Shown: piece after piece, positions 24,963 to 35,800 of the stretch | Position numbering within the stretch: the stretch's first letter is position 1 | How the letters are laid out: the number at the start of each line of letters is the position of its first letter | DNA from: Macrostomum lignano | Taxonomy: Eukaryota | Direction of reading: 5' to 3' | Assembly (NCBI GenBank): GCA_002269645.1 | Contig: NIVC01001488.1 | Span: forward strand, 54,784-118,783 | DNA length: 64,000 bases | Notes under the pieces: generated by a model | What the model was told of the DNA's origin: nothing | Seen by the model: only the letters and a program-made list of their open reading frames with translations | Database searches by the model: none | Position numbers and translations under genes: made by a program

Positions 24963-27900
24963 TCACCGGCCACTGGGAGACTCTGGCCCGGAGCACAGGC
25001 TCAACACCTCGGCGTGCTGCAGCTGCACGGTGAGCCGCATCGCTTGCAGCTGCGCCACCAGCTCCGGTTCGCGACCTCGGCGGCGAAAGTCGTGCAGCTG
25101 CTTGGCGTAGTACACCAGCAGGCCAGCGTCCAGGGCGGTCGACGCGGCCGAGCCGACGGCCGTGCCGAGCACGCGGGCCATGGAGATGGCGCTGGCTCGG
25201 CCGACGCCCTGCAGTTGTTTAAAAGTCAGCCTAAAAATGACAGTCTATCCGGCATTCATTTGAGCATGTTCTCAATGAAACTGGAAGCAAGCGGAACCAA
25301 CTGGATCGAAGCGTGTTGACTGGGACTCTTGGTTTCACTCACCAGTCAATATAAAATGTAAAATTTTCCTGTTTCTGCCTGTTTTAGTCTATTTGAGCCA
25401 TTGCTCATCCCTATAACAGAGTCTCACCTTTTGACTGGCTTAAGGCACGCGTAGAGGAGAAGGATCTGATTGACTCTTAATACTAAAACTGGTGCGATGT
25501 TTGTTTGTGTGTTGCAATTTTTCTCCTAAACTACTGGCAAGTCAGCGTTGAAACTTATATGGGAAAACTGCAAATTTTCCGGATTGGGTTTATAGCTATT
25601 TTAATCTTTCATTTTTACATTTTAAGATCCCTAAAAAAGCAGAAAACTGTTTTTTTAACCCTCAATAACCTTCTTTGGCCACTCTGCCTGGGGCTGCAGC
25701 CAGTTTGTAAAAATAGCCACCCCAACCTCCGCCCGCGGGCCGCTGTGTATTGAGGGGTGGTGGGTGCGCGTGTTCCGCGTTCAATGCAAATAACCCCCCC
25801 CCCGCGTGTTGGGGGTTCAATTAAATTTAACGATTCCCCCGGAATGGGAGGGGGTTGGGCTTGGGCTGAGTGTACATAGCAGTTGTACAGTGTAAGGAGA
25901 TAGCTAGGACTGTGTCGAGATTTAATTGGTTTTATTATCGGCGGCATTCAATAGGCAGCCATGTGTATTTGCTGGGCAGTAAAATTTAATGAATAAACTT
26001 GCGAGCCTCTTTAGCAGGCTGTGAACGTACACTCGATACTTTAATGCTTTAAATCAGGAAATTTCAAGCGCTAACTGTTCCTCGAGTTTTAAACTTTCAG
26101 AGGAGAGACTTATATTACTGGAAAGATCTTGCAATACTGAGTTCGGGGATATAAGTTGTTTGCTTTAAATGTGAAAACAAAAAGCACAGCATTTAAAAAA
26201 CGATTTCCATACTTTTAACTTTCGGCAGTGTACTCATTTTGGAGTTCAATGGGGGTTCGACCAACCCCCAACAGTTGGTGGGAGGGGGGGGTTCAACTTT
26301 TAATTGCCACTGCGTATTGGAAGGGGGTCAGTCGCTGTGTATTGGAGGGTTGATTTAGTTTGCGCAATCTTTTTGTTAACTTTTACCGAGACTGATACTG
26401 ACTGACTGTGAAATCGGTTGCGCATTCAATTAATTCAATTGGTTCAACACGCTGCTGCGTTGTAGCTCTAACCCTAACCCTAACCCTAACCCTAACCACT
26501 AAATCCTGAGAGTTGATTCTTTTTTACGGAGAAAATTTCGATTCAGTCCAGTTTAATGGAGAGAATTTCTGTTTCGCGAAGACGATTTTGATGGATGTCA
26601 GTTTCACGGAGAGGATTTCCATGGAGTCCAGTTTCACGGAGAGGATTTCTGTTTCTCGGAGGGGATTTTGATGAATGTCAGTTTCACGGAGAGGATTTCC
26701 ATGGAGTCCAGTTTCACGGAGAGGATTTCTATTTCTCGGAGGGGATTTTGATGAATGTCAGTTTCACGGAGAGGTGTTTGATGGAGTTTTCTTTTACGGA
26801 GAAGATTTCGATGATGTTCAGTTTCGCGGAGAGGAGTTGGATGATGGGATTCAGGGAATGGCATTTCAGGGAATGGAGTTCCGGTGATGGGAATTCTTCC
26901 CCTTTCTCCTCCAGAGGAGGAGTTGGCCTCGTATTTTATAAGATTCTCAGTGGCTCCGGGTTTAACTGCATCTTCATTTAGGAGCGTTGCCATGGGTTTT
27001 ATGGTGGAGGAGGAAGCCAAAAATTCTAAATTACTAAATCCCTACACTGCTTTGGGAATCGGAGATGCTAGAACTCCTTTGAGAGCCTCGGGCACTCAAT
27101 CTGGTGCTATATTTTGGCACCCTGAAGCAATTTTTTTTAGTTCCATAAGTCCCAAAGTGGGGCGGGGGAACAAAACATTGGCATGTCTTCCCATAGCTTT
27201 TTCTGAGGGGAACATGTGACGTCCTTGTCTTCAGTTTCGTTGCCGTCCTGGCAAGCAGCCAAGCGCCCTACCTGAACTACGCCCTCGGTGATGTCCAAAC
27301 TGCAATGAAGCGCCGCAGATCGCAGAGAGACCGCTAGCGCCTCACCACTTGGCAGATTTCCTGCATTGGCGCTGCCAAACAGAGACACTCGCACCAGCGA
27401 CAGAGTCAGCCGGGCGGCTCTTGTCAAAGCTGTGAGAATTCGTTCACGCTCGTCCGATCTCAGCTCAGTAACCTCAGCTGCGGCCCACTCGCTTGGGCTA
27501 TTAGTGTGTCCTATTAGACTACTCCGCTTATTGTCTTCTGGGAAGCATTCAACTGTATTTGTTTGGTCGCCCTCCGCAACTGAGGCTGCTCCCTCTCTGC
27601 CGATATCCTCCGCAGGTTCTGCTCTAAAGCCGCCGCTTAACTGTCTCTCACCGATTTCAGTCTCCGACTGCCCTCCAGCGAAAACACTTTGATTCGTCTG
27701 CCCCCCCTCGAACTCGACTCCCCGTCTGGATTGCCACTCAGCCCCGCTTTCATCGCTGACCAGCTCTTCGGCTACACTGCGTCCTCTTCTAAACCGGGCT
27801 TGGTCACCGTCAGCTGCCTCTTCAACCCTTCCTTCAGTGCCGCCTAATCGGTGCCGCAGTATCCCGTCAGGCTGCTCTACTGATTGGCCGATTCTGCCAA

Positions 27901-29321
27901 CGAAATCGTCGGCGAGGCGCTCCACGACGAACTCGTGCGCTCCGACCACCAGGGCCAGCAGCTGGTCGGCTCGCCGAGCAGCGTCAATCTGGGCCACTCG
28001 GTCGTCGGGTACGCCAGCCTCGGCCAGGAGACGGGCGTGCAGCTTGCGACAGGAGCGCACCTCGAATATAAGCCAGGACAGCAGGCGACAGACCCGGCTG
28101 CCCAGATGCCTGTCACGGTGCCGCCGGACTGAAAGTTTAGCCTGAAAGGAAAGCACACAGGGGTACTATAAAACTGCATGTCCAGCAGTCTGGAAATAGG
28201 GACTCCCCTAGATTGAGAATCAGTCACTCATTGGCAACGATTGCCCAAGTTGTATTCAAGGTTGGTCCCACAAAGGTCTCCCGGATTCTCTGCACTGGGT
28301 TGATGAATGACTTAATCTTGTTCTGATGATTTTTACTTAATTATACGTAGTTACAGCAGTTTTCTCAGAAAAAAACCGTTTCACTAACTATCGTATCGTC
28401 TGCATTCAGCTCCATGGCTTACACGCCAGTTATGAGTCAAACTGGCATCCTCATGGCTTTAAGAAGCGCCTGCATCAACAACGAGGGCCATAGTGCTGAG
28501 CAGTGAGTAGCAGCTGTCACAGCACATTCACGCAAATTGTGCTAAGTAAAAGATGCCACCAAAAAATTAGGTTTAAGCAGGTCAAGTTTCAGACCAATCC
28601 ATCAATCCAATGCAGAGAAAACTCTGCTTCTTGTCCGGGAGACCTTTCTAAACCACCCTGTATTGTAAAAACCAGATTTACGGCACATTCCTTAGCTGGT
28701 CAGTTCAAACAGAGCCAAGCTAGTGTACCTGGGTCAGCAAGGAAGCTGCCAGCTGGTCAGTTCAAACAGAGCCAAGCTAGTGCACCTGGGTCAGCAAGGA
28801 GCTGCCAGCTGGTCAGTTCAAACAGAGCCAAGCTAGTGTACCTGGGTCAGCAAGGAAGCTGCCAGCTGGTCAGTTCAAACAGAGCCAAGCTAGTGTACCT
28901 GGGTCAGCAAGGAAGCTGCCAGCTGGTCAACTACGCTTTCCAACAAGCGCAGGCTGTCGTTGAAATGCTTCCGCACACGCCGCGCAATGCCAGTCTGCGC
29001 CGCTGCGTGACGCACCGCCGCCGCGCCGCCGCTGACGCCGCCGCCGACAGCAACAACTGTGCCAGCAATGGCTAGCGGCAAGGCCGCACCCAGGCTGGCC
29101 ATCAGCAGGGCGAAGCCAACTACGGAGACCACGCCGCCAGCGACGGCAACTGCGCTGCCACCCAGCTTGACAACCGTGCTGGACTCGAAGCTTCTGCGCG
29201 CCTCGTTCATGGCTGCCTCAATGTCGGCCGCTAGAAGAATTCGCAGCTGCGCCCAGGGACCGCAAAGCTCGGCGCACGCTTCTGACACGGCCGATTCGAC
29301 TGCTTCAGCGACTGACGGCAT
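24963..29321 (-). CDS. Apolipoprotein-L-like protein (~500 aa); exons 29321-28935, 28141-27272, 25208-24963
   Basis: All junctions are phase 0 GT-AG (387, 870 and 246 nt). N-terminal Gly-rich hydrophobic hairpin GGSAVAVAGGVVSVVGFALLMASLGAALPLAIAGTVVAVGGGVSGGAA. C-terminal GTAVGSAASTALDAGLLVYYAKQLH..ELVAQLQAM. AATAAA on the - strand at 24842-24847. An extra upstream exon is possible. Confidence 0.6.
26468..26497. repeat. Interstitial (TAACCC)5 tract
   Basis: Perfect telomeric hexamers. Confidence 0.85.
26520..26870. repeat. Complex minisatellite (GTTTCACGGAGAGGATTTC core, ~82 bp higher-order unit)
   Basis: The block GATGTCAGTTTCACGG.. recurs at ~26595, 26677 and 26756. Confidence 0.85.
28694..28928. 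repeat. 57-58 bp tandem repeat x4 in ApoL-like intron 1
   Basis: Unit AGCTGGTCAGTTCAAACAGAGCCAAGCTAGTGTACCTGGGTCAGCAAGGAAGCTGCC. Confidence 0.9.
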
Positions 29322-29544
29322 CGCTTCCGTTGTTGGGATTTAACTTGGCGACGCTAATTTCTACTCAAGATAGCAGACTGGATCTTTACAAGCAAAGCGA
29401 AGTGAACAAGCTGAGTAGATCATCAAGCAGCAAAAGGTTTAAAAGGTTGTTCTTCCGTGATCTCTGCTAAGCCAGGCGCTCCGATGACTTGTAAATTACC
29501 ATAGACTAAAGAATTTGTTGGTGCCTGGATTAACTGAGTGTAGC

Positions 29545-29616
29545 AACAGTAGCCGAAGTGGTTAGAGCATCGGAATCACAACTGAAAGGGTCGGGGTTCG
29601 ATTCTCGACACCACTC
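29545..29616 (+). mobile_element. tRNA-derived SINE head or tRNA pseudogene
   Basis: Box A TAGCCGAAGTGG at 29550-29561; box B GGTTCGATTCT at 29595-29605; stem-loop with AT-CAC-AA loop; poor acceptor stem. Confidence 0.55.
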
Positions 29617-30574
29617 GGAACAGTTTGTGTCTCTGATTTTAAGTAGACCTGCGGAAAATCAAGGGGATTTTCGTACTCTGCGGAAATTTTTCATTTCTGA
29701 ATTTGCTCTTATGTTATACCCCAATACCCCAATTCTGACTACTGGTTCGGTTTGTTGTTCAATGTCTTTGTGGAAATTGTTATGCTGCGATTTTGTTGCA
29801 CTGTTCTTGTGATTTTCGGATTTGCTATAGTCGATCCAGACTACCTGATGTCATCTGATCACCGTCATCTTTATTGTATCCCTGCCCTTCCTGTCCTGTC
29901 CTCTCCCTTCCTGTCCTGTCCTCTCCCTTCCTTTCCTGTCCCTCTCCCTTCCTTTCCTGTCCCTGTCCTTTCCCCGTACCAAGATTTCTGAGCATTCAGA
30001 ATGGAATTTGCTTATCCATTCACTTGCGCGCTTGCGGCTTGCATGCATTCACAGCTAGCTGCATCAGTTGCGGCGAGATGAAGTTTTAGCTCAAAACTGG
30101 CTTAGGGGGTCATCTGAACCAGCGCAAAACAGCCTTGGGTAGGGCGTTTGTGAACCTAAAAAGTAGTAAAAATTTATGTGTCTAGCTTCATTTTTTAGGG
30201 CTTGCATTGGTTAGGACATATTTTTCTACCCTGCGGAATTTCTCGGAAGAAAAATGGGCAAAGTGGCGTGGCAACACTGCTTCAGTTCATCCAGCTGCAA
30301 ATTGGGTGCGTGTGCTTGGCGTCCATTCCAAAATCTCGTTCCATTTTGGTTGTCATTTTAAGCGGCAGTCCAGTGGCCGTGGCGACCATGTGCCGAAATT
30401 TTTTGTTTTTGCGTTTTGGAGACCGGAGTCTCAGTTTTTTGCGTCGGGTCCAGGGAATTGGCTTATTTGCGTCATTTTCATTCAGGATGCTTGAAAAACC
30501 AACTGAGTCTCAAAGTGAAATTGACACGTGCTGCTAAAGTTGCTACTTACCGCAAGTTGTAGTCTCGACAGAAG

Positions 30575-30603
30575 ACAGAAGAGAGGAGGAGAGAGGGGAG
30601 AGA

Positions 30604-30636
<33 letters not shown>

Positions 30637-30834
30637 GGGACAGATAAGGGGAGAGAGAAGACGGGAGAGAAGATGGGAAGAGATAAGGGGAGAGAGAAGA
30701 GGGGAGAGAGAAGAGGGGAGTGAGAGAAGGGGAGAGAAGAAGGGAGAGATAAGGGGAGAGAGAAGAGGGGAGAGAAAAGAGGGGAGAGAAGAGGGGAGAG
30801 AAAAGAGGGGAGAGAAGAGGGGAGAAAAGAGAGG

Positions 30835-30879
<45 letters not shown>

Positions 30880-30880
30880 G
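30575..30880. repeat. Purine-rich (GA/GGGGAGAGAA) low-complexity tract
   Basis: Ends in a (GA)n microsatellite. Confidence 0.9.
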
Positions 30881-32844
30881 AAAAGACACGACAATGAGCG
30901 AGCGGGCCGGATTGCTATTATGAAGCTTCGAAGGGCTCTGAGAGCCGGATAGAGGGGCTTCGCCGGCTGCATGTAGTTTGAATGCTTATGTTCATTCCAT
31001 CTCATTGAGCAGTGCTCAAGCTATGGATAGCTAACTCTGAACTTTAATCAGTACTTGCTATCGGTGTTCGCAAGACAATGGAGCCTTCCATTTCAGAAGT
31101 AGGCAGTGGCCTTATTTGTAAAGAAAAACAGCAAAAAAATGAAACAATTTAAACAAAACACAGGCCTTGATTTATTTCTATAGCGATAGAAGCATTGTTA
31201 TAAAGGTATTTTCAGAAACAGAAAAGATTAGTAAAAATAAGTGTTGCTGTATAGAAATATTAGTAATATGTGGCGTGAAGTGCTTTTTTTATTTTAATTT
31301 CCAATAAAAAATTCCGCTTTCGCAAATTATCGAATGAAAAACTGTAATTTTTTTCTTAAAAGACGGACAGAGACAGCGCGAGGGTGCGAGGCGAGCTCAG
31401 CAAATTTGACGGTTATCACAGCACAGCCGGACAAGAATTGATTATAAATTTCTATTGCTATGAACAGCGGGGCCAGCAGTTACTATTAGTAGTATATGCA
31501 GCAAATGTGAGCTGGAGGGGGCCGGGCACAGCTTGACCTTAGATGAACCCGGCAAAGAGATGCTTCGCTAGAGTGCGGCGGCTACCGTTTCATTTAAACA
31601 AACAAAAACACAGAAATGACGGGGCGAACAGAAGAGTGTAAATAGAATAGAAAATAATATCTTCCCATACTACTGATAACCATCTTGCTAATTTCTATGT
31701 ATCTACGGTATATATAAATATATATATATAACAAGTAAGCATTTAGGCCTAGTAATGATAAACCTACGAATTAAATTATCTTGTAGGCTGTCTGTGCAGT
31801 TAATACCTTTAATTGTAACAAAAATATGTAATAGAAAAATTTTACTTTACGGCTGGTTGCGTTTGAAAAGATCGCTAAGGGGGGGGGCGCTGGCGAGTCT
31901 TAGTAAATTCTGTAATTAATAAAATAATATTTCTAATCGCAATCATTAACAGAATCTTTGCTCACATCTAGAAAAGACAGTGGGGAGTCCAGAGGGGAGA
32001 AGCCGCTAGAAATTCAATTTTTTCTTAAATAATTCCAGCACTCAGAAAAATTCAATTCTTCAGATTCAAATCTGAGAAGCTCAAAGTCGGCCGTTTCCCC
32101 TCTGGATCTGAGCAAGAGTAACTGGGGGAACCAGAAGATGGAGAGAGGCGCACACGGGACAGACAAGAAAATGAGCGCTATGGATGAAACCTGCCAGAGG
32201 TTTGCCGGGTGCGTGCGACAGTCTCGAGCGCAATGACGGGCAGCTCGCGAAAGTTCGAAAACAGACGAGCGGCTTGGGAAAAAAGGCAGCACAAAAAAGC
32301 TGGGAAACTGCGGCTGAGAGGGCGGCGAGACGCCGCTCTCCGAGCTCGAAACCGAACAGAAAAGCCTGGATTAAACAATTGAAATTTTCCAACACGCTGG
32401 ACCCAAAGCTTGATTAAAAAATTCCGAATTTTTACACAATTTTTTTTACTACTGATTACGCCTAATTGTACATGAGTAGTGCGAGTAGCGCAAGGCAAAC
32501 GATTTTTTTTCGAAAAAAACAATAATTGAGAAAATAGGCGGGAATGAATTTTCTGATTCAAAATTGAACGGCACGAGAAGAAAAACTTGGGAAATTTGAA
32601 AGATATTATTAAAAAAACGGACGGAACGTCTGTGACCCACTTAGAAGTAGCAGTAGTATATATCAGCTAGTTTTACTTATCCTTACAGACTTTACAGCCG
32701 GGCTGGCTACCCCGGCACGCAGCGGGGCAGGGCGGGAACTGACAGAAGAGAAAAACAAGCAAGTCTAGAAGAATCCAAGAATGAAAACCCGGGTGTCTGA
32801 TGTTATTGTTGCTACCAATTGTTAAACAATTTCTCAGTCTACGT

Positions 32845-35800
32845 TCACTTTTTAAGCGAGGACTTCAGGCTGGGGCCGCGGCTCAGCCGCATGCCGGCCG
32901 GCCGGCCCGACGGGGTGGACGAGCGCAGCGCTCCGCCGGCGCCGCCGAGGCGCGAAGGCGAGCCGGCGCGCTTTCCGGCGCCGCCGGGGAAGGCGTTGTG
33001 CAAGTCGAGGGCCTCGTCGAGCCGGCGGGACTCGGCGTCGAACAGGGCGGCGTCCAGGCCGGGGTCGCGGCTGACGGTGCCGAGCGACGAGTCCAGGATG
33101 GTACGAATGTCGGACAGGTCGCCGGCGGCGCCGCGGGCCGACTTGGACAGGAACTGGTTCCTACGGCGCACCTCCTGCGCCAGCTGGTCTTTCAGCGTGG
33201 CAACCTGCGAGCGAGAAAAAATCATTATTTTTTGTGCTAATTGCGTCACTTATAAATGGATTCAATATTTTTTTACGTTTTATGTCCTTATTTTTCTACT
33301 TAAAAATTATTTAGTAGTATGATGCGGAACTGTAAAGATTCTATTTTTTGTAGTTAAACATGAAATTTTACTCAACATAAAATTCTCTGAGACTCACCTG
33401 CTCTTCCAGTCCCTTGACCCGCTGTCTGTGCAGGCGCTCCCGGTTCTCCAGAGTTCGCTCCGCAGCCAGCTGGCCAGCCTTCAGCCGCTCCAGCTCCGTG
33501 TCGGTCTCTTCGCGATGCTTGGCGCCTAGGTCCATCAGGCGCTGCGAGTGGGCCTGCTCCGCCTCGGCAAGGTGACTCTGCAGGGCCTGCACCTGGCGCT
33601 GGAGGGCTTCGTTCTCCTCCTCCAACCGACGCAAAGCGGAGTCGAGCTCGCCGCGAGCGAAAGCCGACTTGGAGGCCGCCTCCTCCGTGCGGATGCGCTC
33701 CCGCTCCACCTGGCGGGGCGGTGAAGCGCGGCTGCACTTTATGGCCTCATTGGCTTTTCATGACCGTTTAAATATAGCTTGGGGCGATTACCTCGGGTAG
33801 TTTATGGCGATTATTTCTGGTATTTTATGGCGATTATCTCGGGTAGTTTATGGCGATTATCTCGGGTAGTTTATGGCGATTATCTCGGGTAGTTTATGGC
33901 GATTATTTCTGGTATTTTATGGCGATTATCTCGGGTAGTTTATGGCGATTATCTCGGGTAGTTTATGGCGATTATCTCGGATAGTTTATGGCGATTATCT
34001 CGGGTAGTTTATGGCGATTATCTCGGGTAGTTTAGGGCGATTATCTCGGGTAGTTTATGGCGATTATCTTAGGTAGTTTATGGCGATTATCTCGGGTAGA
34101 TTATGGCGATTATTTCTGGTAGTTTTTGTTTATGGCGATTATCTCAGGTAGTTTAGGGCGATTATCTCGGGTTGTTTATGGCGATTATCTCGGGTAGTTT
34201 AGGGCGATTATCTCGGGTAGTTTATGGCGATTATCTCGGGTAGTTTAGGGCGATTATCTCGGGTAGTTTATGGCGATTATCTCAGGTAGTTTATGGCGAT
34301 TATCTCGGGTAGATTATGGCGATTATTTCTGGTAGTTTTTGTTTATGGCGATTATCTCAGGTAGTTTAGGGCGATTATCTCGGGTAGTTTATGGCGATTA
34401 TCTCAGGTAGTTTATGGCGATTATTTCTGGAATTTTATGGCGATTATCTCGGGTAGTTTAGGGCGATTATCTAAAAGGTTCGATCCTCTGAAGGGGTTGT
34501 TGGGCAATATTATAAAACCTTTTGGGAGCAGTTCCTAGACAAGCCAAATAACATCGGTAGATAAAAAACTTGCAAGTATAAAAAACACGTGACCGAAAAA
34601 GAAAAAAAAACATAAAAATCTTTGACAGGAACTCGTGAGTGGTCAGTAGCATTTTGAGCTCTTTTTAAGTGTAAAAAAAATTGTAAAATCCGAAAATTAT
34701 AACAATTTTGGAAATAAAAGAATATTCATTACTATGCTGAATAACCGTGAGTTAAAACCAAATTAATAATCTGGTCCGCCTTTCCCGGCACCTACTATCT
34801 ATTAGCGACAGATCGTCGCAGAAATCGGCGGGGGTTTCCACGAACGGGCCGTGCTCGGGGCAGTACTGGCGCACCAGCAGGACGAGGCCGCCGCAGTGGC
34901 GACAGTGCACAAGCGAGCGGGACTCGACTTGGCCGCAGTGGTGGGGCTTTTCAAAGCAGAATGAATAATCGAATATAAAATTCATATAAATTATACTACA
35001 CTACTTATTGCGTCATACAGTAGGTAGAATAAAGGAACATTGTAATCATTAATTACTCTATGGAAATTCATACTAAAAATATTTTTGTTGATTTCGACAC
35101 GAAGCTTTTAGCGATATGTATCGATAGAAATATTGAAAAGCCTAAAATAACAAACCTTGTCGAGCGTCTTCTTCAGCGCGGTCTTGTCCTTCTCCAATCG
35201 GCTGGCCGACTTCTCAATCTCCTTCTTTTCATTCTCCAAGCCGGCCAGGGCGCGCTGAAGGCTCTGCACCCGCTCCTGCATGGCGGCGCGCTCTTGATTG
35301 GCCTTGTTGAGCTTCTGCGTGAGCTCCTGCTCAGCCTCCTGCTTCTGGGCCAGCAGAGAGTTCGTCTGCCGATTTGAGTCCTCCAGATCGTTGCGCCGGT
35401 GCTCGTTGTCGGTGAGCTCACCCTGACAGTGTATTTTTGTTCGATTGTACAATGAGAAATAAAAAAGATATTCCCTATGGCATTCTAAATGGCACTCTAT
35501 GTCAGTCTACGTCTATGGCACTCTGTCAGTCTATGTCTATGGCACTCTATGTCAGTCTATGTCTATGGCACTCTATGTCAGTCTATGTCTATGGCACTCT
35601 GTCAGTCTATGTCTATGGCACTCTATGTCAGTCTATGTCTATGGCACTCTATGTCAGTCTATGTATTTGGCACTCTATGTCAGTCTATGTCTATGGCACT
35701 CTATGTCAGTCTATGTCTATGGCACGCCATGTCAGTCTATGTCTATGGCACTCTGTCAGTCTATGTCTATGGCACTCTGTCAGTCTATGTCTATGGCACT

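Noticed and set aside
26468-26497. Possible chromosome end or healed break
   Set aside because: Only five hexamers, embedded in an intron with colinear exons on both sides.
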